A stretch of DNA of 64,000 nucleotides from Epiperipatus broadwayi (Eukaryota > Animalia > Onychophora), in contig JAQFVV010000011.1 in the NCBI GenBank assembly GCA_028023455.1, forward strand, positions 2,108,001-2,172,000. The letters are read 5' to 3'. The stretch's first letter is position 1; every line of letters begins with the position of its first letter. The notes beneath the pieces were generated by a model that worked only from the letters and a program-made list of their open reading frames with translations, had not been told where the DNA came from and ran no database searches. Positions 51,725 to 63,443 of the stretch are shown here, piece by piece. The translations under genes were made by a program, and so were the position numbers.

Positions 51725-53200
51725 GAAAATTTGATGATGGAATTACCAAATTCCCACTGATGCCAATATAATAATGCATACTATTTTCAAAAAAAAAAAC
51801 AACTGCCTAGTAAATATAATGAAGCATAAATTAAATTTGAATAACAGTATTAAAAATTACTGACTAAAACATATTTCCCAGGTGATAAAAATGATCAGAG
51901 AATACTTCGTAAAAGAAATTTATGCTCATGACTGGATTAAAAATTCATTTCAAAATTATAATTAATCAAAACATTTGCTAATGAAGAAAAATGAGCAATT
52001 AATTATCTAAAGATTTGCTAATGAAAGAAAAAGAGCAATTAATTGATAGCTCAACAGATTCAACATTAAAATATTAAATACACCTGGGTCTCTTTTTACG
52101 CGGACTTATTTAATACGATTTTGCAGTTACGCGATTCATGTTTCACCGGAAGTAGAACTCCGATAATGCGCTATTACTTTAAATAATAAATTTTGTGGAC
52201 TTACGTTATATTGAAAGTAATAGCACATTATTGGAATTCGACTTTCATCTTAGTAATTTCAATATTTTCAATGCTTTAAAATAGTAAGATTTTATGCAAT
52301 AATGAAATTAAAATCATGATTTCCACATTTTATGTATACACACATTAAATTTTACAAGACTATAATGTACATTTGCTCAAACATTGTGCGTGTTAATTTT
52401 GCATTTTAAATCACATTCTGTTTTTGCTTTTTAAAAAAGAACGTAATCATTTAGTGTCCACAAGTTTATTTTTAAAAGGTGAGTAATAGCAGTGGGCACA
52501 ATTAAATTTGACAATTAAAAATTAAAATCTGACTTTTAATTATAATTAACAATTTAAAAATTACTTACGGCGACTTGAAATTAATGTGATGTAAAATCTG
52601 ATTTTTAAACGGAATTGAAAATTAAATCGTCTCAAAGATTAATTACTAATTACGTTGTCACCAGAAAAACATTGACCAGTTTGCCAATGAACATGTTTTT
52701 TGGCAAATAGCGATAATAATTAAAACGTGTATAAAAAATGTAAATTACTGTACTGTAAATTATGCATAAAAATTTATTATTTTGAATAAAATTCAATATT
52801 ATAGTTAAAAAAAGTTTGTCTTGTATCAATTTTTTTCAAATTTGAAATTTTTTATTAGTCATATTTTATTTCCTTATTTTTTTTTTTGGCGCGAATTTTA
52901 AAGTAATTTTACGTTGGTGCTTTGCTTTTACGCGAATTTTGAAAAATCACAGACCGCATCCCCCCTTTTTCAATGTAAGTTACATCTATTTTTGCATGAT
53001 TTCGTTTGCACGTGTTTTCTGAGGAACCTATCTATCACGTAAAACGAGACCCAGGTGTACCAGGAAGAAGTACATTCTTGATTTTTGGTTACAAATTCAC
53101 TCAGAATATCCTGAAGTATCTAACAAAAGAGTAAAGATTCTAATATCTTTCACTCCAACTTATTTATGCAAAGAAATCACTTCAACAAAATGAAAAGCTC
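51725..53200 (+). pseudogene. Second Buster-type hAT transposase remnant, interrupted by a pogo-like MITE
   Basis: YFP...DWIKNSF...EQLI..STDSTLK before 52080 resumes after 53060 as DFWLQIHSEYPEVSNK..KILISFTPTYLCKE. Confidence 0.75.
52081..53057. mobile_element. pogo/Tigger-like non-autonomous element
   Basis: TA TSD; TIRs CACCTGGGTCTCTTTTTACG / CGTAAAACGAGACCCAGGTG; subterminal TTACGCG repeats; CpG-rich. Confidence 0.85.
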
Positions 53201-53764
53201 TTAAACAATATTAACAAAACCTGATTTAATATTTTGTGTCAATGTCAAAAACAGTCAAGTATATCCTATATGTAATGACAATAAATTAGAAAGTAATCCT
53301 CATTTCCATATAAACTGCAAATAATATTGATATCTTTTCAATGATTCTTTAACAATTTTCTTAAATCACTTTTTACAATGCAATCAAACTTTATTCCTTG
53401 ATATTCATTCAGCACAGCTGACTCTTTAACTGGAAAACAATAAGAAATAAAGAGATGATAGAGGATCCCGAAAAAAATTATAAATCTTAATGATTCTGTG
53501 TAGTGACAAAATTTGAAGACCACACTTTATTTCAAAATCTGAAAGATGAAACACAACTGGTAAATGTGAGGTATATGTATTAATTAAATAATGAGCTAAT
53601 ATAGGGTACATAAATGCCCTCATTAATAGTATTACAAGATATAGCTTTGTAAATTATCTTAATTACATAATTGGTTATTATAATATAAAAATAAATTTAA
53701 TTTTTATTTCAATTTCTCAAATAATATGAATTTTAACTAAATTCTGCACGTATTTATATCTTTA

Positions 53765-54232
53765 TGGTACTTACGTAAAAGTCCGACGGTGAGATTTCAC
53801 ATACGTATTGTGGTAGGTAATATTTATTTTGAAAAATGTCACTTATAACTAATTTTATTTAGTGAAAATGAAACAAACACGCAAATACAAAATGTTGTGT
53901 CTTAGCATCACTGTGGTGGACTGAACTTTCTTACTTTGGACCTTGTTCCGTTATGAATGGTTTACTCTTTTTGCACAATCCTGAATGAAACACTCTGATT
54001 GTTGGTCCGAAATGTGGACGTAAAAGTGATATCTGGGCCGTAAAATTAGCATCAAAAACAACACTTTGATTAATAACTTTCTTCTTATCGGAATATTATC
54101 GAATGTTCACTTACAAAATTATTTCATTTCCTTTTTAGAAGATTGTAAACGTATTTACTTCGGTCTTTTTATATGCACACATTTGTTTGTGCCGGTGACT
54201 TTTATCACCGCCGGTCTAATACGTAAGTACCA
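53765..54232. mobile_element. CpG-rich 468-bp segment bounded by 28-bp imperfect inverted repeats
   Basis: TGGTACTTACGTAAAAGTCCGACGGTGA versus the reverse complement TGGTACTTACGTATTAGACCGGCGGTGA. Confidence 0.6.
53935..54032 (-). other. Candidate exon (98 nt) downstream of an 82-nt intron (54033-54114)
   Basis: Intron GTAAGT...GCTAAT...CAG; exon ends CCAAA|GTAAGA. One open frame: ISLLRPHFGPTIRVFHSGLCKKSKPFITEQGP. Confidence 0.45.
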
Positions 54233-55120
54233 AAAGTTAAAATGAATCGTCTCAAGTGAAGAATTGATGCGTATACATCTTCAGACAATTTAAATTCATA
54301 AAAACACGTTTTGTAGAATACGTGCCTATTTATTCAAGCTGTGTTCAGATGTAAATGATTTTATGTAAAATAATATATTATCTTGAAATCTTTTCTTAAA
54401 TTAACATTTAATCTCAAAATCAAGCTTGTTTAAATGTCATTCAGAGCAGCATCAAAATTTGCTCATAATATATTTGATTAATAAACTTTTATTATATTGT
54501 GAGAATATACGAAGATTAAAATAGAACTAAAATGAAAATCTTATGGTAAACTGATCTATCAATAAGAAGATTGGACTTTTAAAATCACAAACTGGCAGAC
54601 TGAATGCAGACTAAAAATAAATCTTTTTTTTTTTACAAAGACTGGAGATATTCTACCTTTCATATATATACAAATCAATACAGTAAACTATTTTTTGTTA
54701 TTTCAAAAGAGAAGGCAATATTACGTCCTTTTGTACTTTTTTAAAATTATCTAAAAATTGAGTGAAGGTTTTTTTTTTTCCAATTTCATCTTTCAGCTTT
54801 ATATATATATTATAATACGTCAATAAAATTGAGACATTATAATTTGTAATTTTCTAATGCTAAATACCTATATAATCATAGACAGTAAAATCATTTCATC
54901 TGTACAAGTAAAACAAAAATGTTATTTTGTGTCTAGACATTATTACTCACGAAAAGGATTCTCATTAAAACATTTTTAAAATAATCTGATTGCGAATTTA
55001 ATTCCAACGCATGAACAAAACACAAAATTTAGCATGGATTTAAAACATGAAGAGAAAGACAATGTAACAATTTACTCTAGATAAATACTTTGCATATAAT
55101 AAAGATATATATGAGAGAAA

Positions 55121-55177
55121 GTGACCTGGGCCAACTGATGAGTGCTGGTTCAGCACGAAATGCATCTTGGGGGTCAT
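55121..55177 (+). ncRNA. Type I hammerhead ribozyme, family A, apparently intact
   Basis: GTGACCT-ggg-CCAA-CTGATGA-GTGCTG-gtt-CAGCAC-GAAA-T-GC-A-TC-TTGG-GGGTCAT; predicted cut after C55166. Confidence 0.85.
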
Positions 55178-55689
55178 TTGTCTTTTATTATATCTTTATT
55201 AAATATGAATTTAAAAAGAATGGGGAAGTATGGAGGTGATTATTGTATCTATAATGATGTTACATACAGGACAGAGAAGGGTGAATAACTCCATGTGTAA
55301 ATTTAAAAAATCAGATATATTAATCTTTAACTGAGGTTTGAAGTTTATATCGGTGCTAGAGATAATCTCTAGTTTGGAAAATGATTAGTAATAATCATTA
55401 GTGTATTTATCTGAAATGGATGGCATCATGGTTATGAGTGGAGGGAGTTTGACAATGGTAAATGAAAATGTAACAACTAAAATAGAAAATTAAATTGTTA
55501 ATTTTAATATTTAAATTAAAATATTAACACCAAGATTACAACAAAATCAATCTATATGTTCATCAATTTGCAGGGTGGAAAGTGCACTACTATAAAATCA
55601 TACTTAAATTGTATTGGCCTTATGAATATAAAAGGCTTTGTAAAAGTTTGAGTGTAGTTTTAGTAAAAGGCAGACCTTCCTCTCTCTCC

Positions 55690-56500
55690 CCACCCCATTA
55701 TAAATGTTATCTCAAAGACATTCTAAAGAAATGCATATAGATTGTTTTCATTGCGAAGATATAGTGGATAGTACATTGGAGGTTGTAGTGTTTCAAAAAT
55801 AACTTCTGCAGAAGTTAAGCATCAAATAATAGAATAATGGACCAGCATATTTTATTTGTGATTTGCAGACATAATTATCACAAAATTCATCTCTAGTACA
55901 GTTTATTACTACTACTACTATTATTATTATTTGCTTTAATTAGTCTTTTTTTCTTTTGTGGTTGAACCAAGTATGCTCATTTGAAAATGGTTGTTGTTAC
56001 TGATGATCAGGAAAGGCAGTTCTACACATCCAAATTTACTGATATTTATAGACCAAAATATGAAATGACAAGAACAAATGGTATAAGGCAACCATGGATG
56101 ACAATCATATTGTTGTCACTTGATCAAGATTAAAAGATAATTGTAAACCATGATAAAAGTTACTTCATATTGCAATCATTTATGTAGTATTTACACTCAG
56201 CATGAAGATAGTTTTTGAGGGAGAGACAGATCCCATTTACTATAAACATAGTTTCAAAGACATTCTAAAGAAGTGTTCTAAAATTACTCCTTTCATTATA
56301 ATATGACAGGTTAGAATACAAGGGCAATTAAGCAAGATGTTGAAGTCATTTGGAAAGAAGTTTGCTTCAGAAAAAGTTAAATGGCAACATCACAAGATAT
56401 CAATTTGTGAATCACAAATTGATTTATGTAGTCATTACAAATTCATCTTTAGTGTACTACTACTACTATTACTTTTATTATTTTTTATCTTTTTTTTTTC
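55690..56500. repeat. Old direct duplication (about 55690-55960 vs 56220-56500)
   Basis: caaagacattctaaagaa and tttgtga...aaattcatct(c/t)tagt...(cta)n are both present twice. Confidence 0.6.
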
Positions 56501-56614
56501 TTGGCGTTGGAATGACCATATTTTATTTGTCAGTGAGGGCTGCTGATATTTAATACTGAATGACTAATTAAGATGGCTATGAACTAGCTATCTGGAAAAA
56601 AAAAATCCTAAATC

Positions 56615-56690
56615 TATTTGTGATAAGTCGGGGCTCAAACTCGTGATAGATGGATGTATAACTATTAACTATATTGTCTAAATAACTCAT
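56615..56690 (-). mobile_element. Degenerate tRNA-like SINE head
   Basis: Reverse complement atatagttaatagtta...cacgagtttgagccccgac (B-box-like). Confidence 0.35.
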
Positions 56691-58039
56691 TGTGCATCTG
56701 ATTCTTAACATATTGCTAAAATAAATAAATAGTATAAAAATATAAAATTTCAATAGTAATTTAAGATTCTTTATAACAAAAAGTCAGTTTTAAATGACTA
56801 TATAATGAAAAAGAGCTTTTTTCATATTAAAATTGAAAAAAAAAAAAATCATCTAATGTTAACAGCTTCTAAATCACAAGTAAAAACAATTATGTTCTTT
56901 ACATACTTCAATAAATCAATTTAAAATTTAGCAATCTCATATATAAAAATAAAAAATGAATAGGGGTAAAAAATAGAAAAGTAAAAAAGTGCAACGAATG
57001 AATGAGCTGATTATAACATGATAGAGTATTGAATAAAAAATACTGTTTACTGATTACAATAGTTTTATATACATTTTGAAGTAGAACATAAAAATAGCAT
57101 CTAATGGACAATATACATACTAATACTCTACTTCTATCTTTACTTTTTAAAACAATTTTATTTTCTGTTTCAGTTAAAACTAGTCTTCATCAGAAAGTTG
57201 GACTATTATATAGATGGCTGAAAAGTTAAAATTTATATAATAAACAAATCTCTGTTAAAGGTTGCAGGTTCTATTGAAACAGCAATGAAAGAAAACTACT
57301 GAACAGCAAAGATGATTTAACTAACTGTTAACTACAAAAATTTACTAGTATTTTAAGGTAATTATTCAAAATACATTTAATATAATAATTACATCAAATG
57401 AATGATTTAAAAAAAGGTGTATACTTTTATCCTATTATATGTCTTTTTATAAAAGAATATTCTATAATGATCTGTCAAATACTTCAAAAAACAATACAGT
57501 ATATGAATTTTTGCTATAGTAATTTTCCAAAGTAGAAGCCATTTCATAGATGCTGATGTCATTCAAAACAATACATCGTCATAAGATAGAGGGAAAGATT
57601 CATGTTCAAAAAAGGTTGTATTCATTAATTAATTGTAAGAAAACCTTGGATTATATAAACTTTACCAAAAATAAATCCAATTCAGTAAATACACACATTT
57701 TAATGAATGAGAATTCTATATTCAAAACCTCATTAAATTTTCAAGCCAAGTTGTTGGCAATAAACTATTAAAACCCATTTTGTAAGACTGAAACAGTAAT
57801 AAATAACACTACATTGACTGAACTACTTTTTATCCAACTGATGGATCCAAAATAGTCCTGCTTTTTGTTTAATACTTAAATACAAAACAAGTTCTTCACT
57901 AAAATTACATTTATGGCAAAATTAACTTCAAGCATAATGATAGCAAATAAATGAAAATGTAGACAAAGTACATGTAAAAATAAAAATATGTTGGTGTTGA
58001 ATCAATCAATCAATTGTATTCTGCCTATGAACAAGTCCA

Positions 58040-58500
58040 GAGAGCAGTCACTTGACAAATTCATCCATTTGTTCACTCCGATCTCTTCACTGCCCAGTTT
58101 TCATTTGCATATACCTCTTCCCATCTCTTACACCATCCAGCAAGGTCAATCTTTTCTAGCTTTTCTTCTTGTTTTCATTCATCATTTGCTTCAAAACATC
58201 TTTCATTAAACTATTCTTTCTTCTTAACATATGTCCAATTCAGTTTCTCTTTCTATCTTTACTTTCCACAATCAATCTTCTTTTTTCATTTACACTTTTC
58301 AAAACTTTTTTATTTATTTTATTCATCCAAATAACTTTTTCTATCCTTTTCCAAAACCTCATCTCAAAGGCTTCAAATCTATTCTTCTTTTTTTACTCGC
58401 CGTTTACATTTCACAACCATACCATTTTCATTCACTCTTCCAAGATTCACAAAATATTTTCTTTCCCTTAGTAAATGCCTCTTTTGCCAGTGGTGTTAAA
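58040..58500 (-). mobile_element. RTE-clade LINE 3' fragment (same subfamily as 2930-3222)
   Basis: Reverse complement aaagagaaactgaattggacatatg...gaatgaaaacaagaagaaaag matches 2975-3075. Confidence 0.7.
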
Positions 58501-58624
58501 AAAATAAAAAAAAGCATCAGTACAAATATTGCAGACGGACATTTATAGTCAACAACTACACAGTTCAGACTTACTGATTAAAAAAAAAAACTCAAGGTTT
58601 ATTCATTAGTTTATAAATAATCTT

Positions 58625-58720
58625 CAAGCTTAAGTGTAGTGGATAGATTCAAAAAATAAAGATCTCTGGATTAAATCTTAATTCTATCACTTCTAGCACT
58701 TGAACTTTACCCCCCCCCCC
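58625..58720 (+). mobile_element. SINE-like relic (gaacttt...ctagcaataa family)
   Basis: Related to 4965 and 25365. Confidence 0.4.
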
Positions 58721-59519
58721 CTAGCAATAAATCATTAGATTATGACTATTGTAATAAATAATTCACTTTACAGCATATACCTGTTGTTTTAAAAAATGCT
58801 TTTACCACACAATACTATTAATTCATTTCATTTATATTTTAGTCAATCCAAAATTATGCAGACTGCATAAATAAAACATTAATTTATTTAGATATAGTTC
58901 AGTTTTACCAAATTTTTTTGCCCTAGACATCATTATAAGATAACTTGTAGAGTTTCTATTTTTGTACATATTAGAATATCTATATATATTATTCATTTAT
59001 GAAAATATTATTTATTTATTTATATATAAACGAATCTGAGTAATGGATTATTCATAGATTGGTTTGCAAAAAAGTTATCTCAAATTTAGGCCTTTAATCC
59101 TCCTCCCCCAATTGTCCCCTTTTAAAATAAATTGTAGATATTTTTTTTTTATTATCAAAAATATATTACAGATTCAGATGCTAAAAACATATTATAGACA
59201 GTTTTGGCTTTGCCCTATGTGGTTTAATGCAATGGAAGAGTAAACGGCTTAAGAGCTAAAGATCTCTGGAATGTATCATGGTCTCTGGATATATTTTGCA
59301 AAGATCCTCTTCAATGAAAGCTGCCTAACATTTCAATGTTTTGGGAAATTGTTTAATTACTTCTTTTATATAAATAGCTTTATATGAAATCAATACACAG
59401 AGAGATCTCTGGAAAGAATTTACTAACATGTCTATAACAATCAATGTGATAGTGTAAAACTGAAAGATTAAAAACATTTTTTTTCAAATTGACTAGAATG
59501 AAAATAGAATAAATGGTTC

Positions 59520-59757
59520 ATACGGATAATCCTGGACACTAACGTTGATTATGGATATTAAAAAAGAGGATATTACATATTTATTATGGTCTTCCAATCA
59601 TTTTACTTAAATATTGAATCTGTGACCTTAATAAATGGAAGATTAACCCTAACCCTAATTTATAATGGATTTATTGTTATTTTTTAAAGTTAGTAGGTTT
59701 ATAGAATATCTTTTTTAATATCTGTAATCAATCTAGGTGTCCAGGATTATCCATAAG
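59520..59757. mobile_element. MITE with about 55-bp imperfect TIRs and internal (TAACCC)2
   Basis: ggataatcctggacac...gatattaaaaaaga versus tcttttttaatatc...gtgtccaggattatcc. Confidence 0.8.
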
Positions 59758-61039
59758 TACTGAATAAACTTTTAGCAATAAAAAGCATACAGTTCTATTG
59801 AAAACTTGCAGATTTCATAAAACTTTTATTAGGACATAAAATTAAATTTTAATTATATTTAAACTGCTATTAGTAAAAATGCAGTTTATCAACTAAACAT
59901 AGATTTACTGGTGACAACAAATGTTTTGAATAGGTCATAAATGTTTGACATATATCAATCATATTTTTAATTATTTCATTCATTGAATTTAGGCTCATTT
60001 GAATATGCAGTATATAAACACATATAAAAACTAAAATCAATATAAATCCCTGAAAACCTGTTTGCATTATAGTCTCAGTTATGTAAAAAAAAAAAAAATT
60101 ATTAAAACTTAATCACTGAAAAATACTTTGTTAATATTATTAGACCAAGTTCTTAATAAATAGGATGTGACTGTAAACATATGATTAAATATCAAATATA
60201 CTTATATTTGTAGCTATATGCTGAACTACTTCCATTAACTAGTTGAATTTACTGAATATTTTAAGTAATATTTACTAAGGCAATAAACCTAAAGCATGTG
60301 CGGTTGAAAATGCGAAGGTAGGGACCTCTACATGTCTTAACCACAAGCTTGCGCATTGGAAGAAAAGAGGGGAATCCTTTTTTACTTCAACCTACTTTCT
60401 ATATAAATAGGTAAAGCTGAAGCAGTTAAATCTGAGAGTGTGAAGCTATTCAATACTTCACTGATTAAGTCCACAATTCCTATTATACATTAGTACTCGC
60501 GAAATCTTGCGATTTACAACGAGTCAAGAAAAATTCAATCTTTATTTATACCAACATATAATTATATATAAAATGCCGTCATAAATTTTCAGAAACATTA
60601 AATATCCTTAAAATTTTTGAATGATTCTGAAATATTTTTAAACAGAAAACAATATAAAAACAGAGGTGAGATTCATCAGATCTGAATAAAATATAGCTAT
60701 AAAAAGGAAAACTACTACTCTACCATATTAAAAATGGGGGGGGGGGGGAATAATTAACTTGAGCAGAATTTGATTGAGAGTTTTACTGGATGATTAAAAA
60801 ATAATTAAAAATTTATATTATTAAATAAATAGATGCTTTATATAAATCCTTACAAAGAACAGTGAAATTATTGGATATTAGACAATATCAATTAGATCTC
60901 TATTTTAACTTTTACTGTCAATGTAAGTTTTAAATGTAAGTTAAGTCATATGATCATAACCAGGGCCAAGATATTTTGATGCCTCAAGCAAATTGTTCAC
61001 TAAGTGTTTTCCTACAGGTTCATGATGATGGTATTTTAG

Positions 61040-61265
61040 CTGTATTTATATATTGGACTATTTCCATCATCTAAAATTAAGTATTGAATGTCTTTAGAAA
61101 AATTTAATTTGATTTAAATTTTCCAAATTACATTAAAGTATCAGTAATAACATATGCTAGTATATGCATAATGTTTCAAGAGGCATTATTCTTCTCAGTT
61201 CTTCGGGTGTTGCTGGCCTGACCAGTGACAATACTAGCATGGGAACTGAACCTGAACCATTACAT
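61040..61265 (-). mobile_element. Family D (HHR-SINE) copy
   Basis: Reverse complement cccatgctagtattgtcactggtcaggccagcaacacCCGAAGAactgagaagaataatgcCTCTTGAAACATT...tagatgatggaaatagtcc. Confidence 0.75.
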
Positions 61266-61429
61266 TTTTGAATATAAAATTTTAAGGTAATACTCTAACA
61301 ATGAGCTATCCGGCCAAAGACAAATCAGTAGAAATAACATATACTTATAGATCTATGAGATCCCTCCTTGTTTCTCTATTTTTTCTTAAAGGCAAAGTTG
61401 ATTAATAGTTTCCATATGTTATGTACAGT

Positions 61430-62761
61430 CACACTAGGTTGACATGGTGTTAACCACCATTGTCATGTAAGCAGCTTTTTTGAATTTTCTTCTTTGTACC
61501 TTTTTCTTTCTATCCAATATTTTTGTATTTTCCCAATTGAACATATGTTCATTGGCAGATACATGGTCTACTATCTTAGTTACATCTGTTTTTTCTCATT
61601 TAATCACAATTTATGCTCTTACAATCACTTTTCAATGGGGTGACTGGTATCACCAATATACATTCTTCCACATTCACATGATATTTCATAGATGTGGTTT
61701 TTGCTTTTCAGCATTTCAAGTTTAAATCTTGTAGATGTTAGAATTTTTCATAGTGTAATTTTTCATAATGTAATATGGCTCTGGAAAACCGTTCTGATGT
61801 TATACTGATTGCAGATTTTTCTTAATTTGTCTGCTATTTTTAACATATATGGATATACTATAGTATCAATAATTGTTCGTTCTTTTGATGGTTCTTTTTG
61901 TTGTCTAATTTGTGTTCTTATTCTGATTATATTGTGAATTTAATTGAAGGGGATATGCTGTTGATGTGTTTCTAGAATGATTATAGAAGTGCTCTATGAT
62001 GTGCCATATAACAAATGTATTATCAGCATAGCAAAAACAAACTCTAGGTAGATGGAGTAGTCTTTATTGCTGTGGTTTCAAAATCTTCCAAATAAACACT
62101 GCTTCTTCACATGGAACATTTGTCAATAAACTTTCCATGTCAAAACTTACCAGTATGTCAGCAGTTCTTTCAACTGTCATGTTCCTGATTAATTCTACAA
62201 AGTGTCTAGAATATCTGACAGAAGATTGGGTCTTGTGTGCCAGAAAACTAAGAACTTTGTGAAGAAATCTTGACAAATTTTGGCAAGGTGAATTTCTAGA
62301 CCTAACAATAAGTCTAAATGGAGCATGATTTTAAATAGACCATAAAGATGAGAAATTTTGCTGAAATATGATGTTAGTTTACCTTTTTCTGAATCAATGA
62401 AGTATCTGTGATGCTTTCTCAGTAATGCTTTTAGCTTTGTTTTTATGCTTGGTATCAGATCTTTTGCCACTTTTTTGTATTGATCTTCAGTAAGGAGTTC
62501 TTATATTTTGTTGTCATAATCAGTTGTATCCATTATGACTGTTGCATTGTCATTGTCAGCAGGAAGAATGATTATAGATTTATCTATTTTGAGAGATTCA
62601 GTTGCTTTTCTCTCATCATAGTATATGTCTGACTTCAATTTTTGTTGCTTCTCAAGAGTTCTTTTTTTAGTTATAGTATTATTATGGAACAGAGCAAAAT
62701 AAGTTTGTTCAGAAACTAGCAATTTGAAAAAAAAATCCAGTTCAACTCTTACGTTATCCAT
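61430..62761 (-). pseudogene. Penelope-like element RT plus GIY-YIG remnant, internally deleted
   Basis: IIILPADNDNATVIMD, LYGL, DILVSFDMESLLTNVP, YADNTFVIW (YVDDTFVIW-like), then HIYEISCECGRMYIGDT. Confidence 0.9.
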
Positions 62762-63260
62762 CAGCTGTTATTAAGAAAACATTAAATAGACAACAAAAAG
62801 AACTATCAAAAGAAAGAACAATTATTGGTACTGTAGTATATCCATACATACCAAAAACAGCAGACAAATTATGGAAAATCTGCAATCAATATAACATTAG
62901 AACAGCTTTCCAGAGCCATACTACACTACAAGGAATTCTAACATCTACAAGACCTAAACTTGAAATGCCAAAAAGCAAAAACTGCATCTATGAAATACTT
63001 GCAAATGTGAACGAATGTATATTGGTAAGACAAATCACCCCATTAAAGTGATTAGAAGAGAGAAAAGATATGTCCAAGGTAGCAGACCAGACATGTACCA
63101 ATAAACATATATTAAATTGGGAAAATATAAAAAGATTGGAGAGATAAAAAGGTACAAAGAAGAAAATTCAAAGGAGCTGCTCACATGATAATGGTAAATA
63201 ACCCCATAAGTCAATCAAACCACTAACCAATTTTGCCCTTAGGAAAAAGTGGAGAAATAA
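62762..63260 (+). pseudogene. Inverted second copy of the PLE 3' region (thumb plus GIY-YIG)
   Basis: VYPYIPKTADKLWKICNQYNIRTAF...NCIYEI..CERMYIGKT; mirrors 61430-61920. Confidence 0.9.
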
Positions 63261-63443
63261 AGAGGAATATTCATCAAAATATAAAATCACAAACCAATTT
63301 TCTTTAAAAAACTTGTTTTTTATTATTATGACTATATGAATTTTAATTTCAAGAGCAACGTTTCAAGATTAAAGGTTATGCTATTCTAAATAAAGAGGAA
63401 CTATACAAATAAGTATATAAAATGTCTACTGTCTGTTGTCTTT

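Noticed and set aside
57165-57200. Minus-strand CTGATGA...GAAAC
   Set aside because: Stem II is 2 bp and there is no NUH or stem I complement.
57174-57356. Plus-strand exon after a strong acceptor
   Set aside because: Stops in all frames and an uncertain donor; cannot be supported without RNA data.
59645-59662. Telomeric repeat
   Set aside because: Only two TAACCC units, located inside a MITE.
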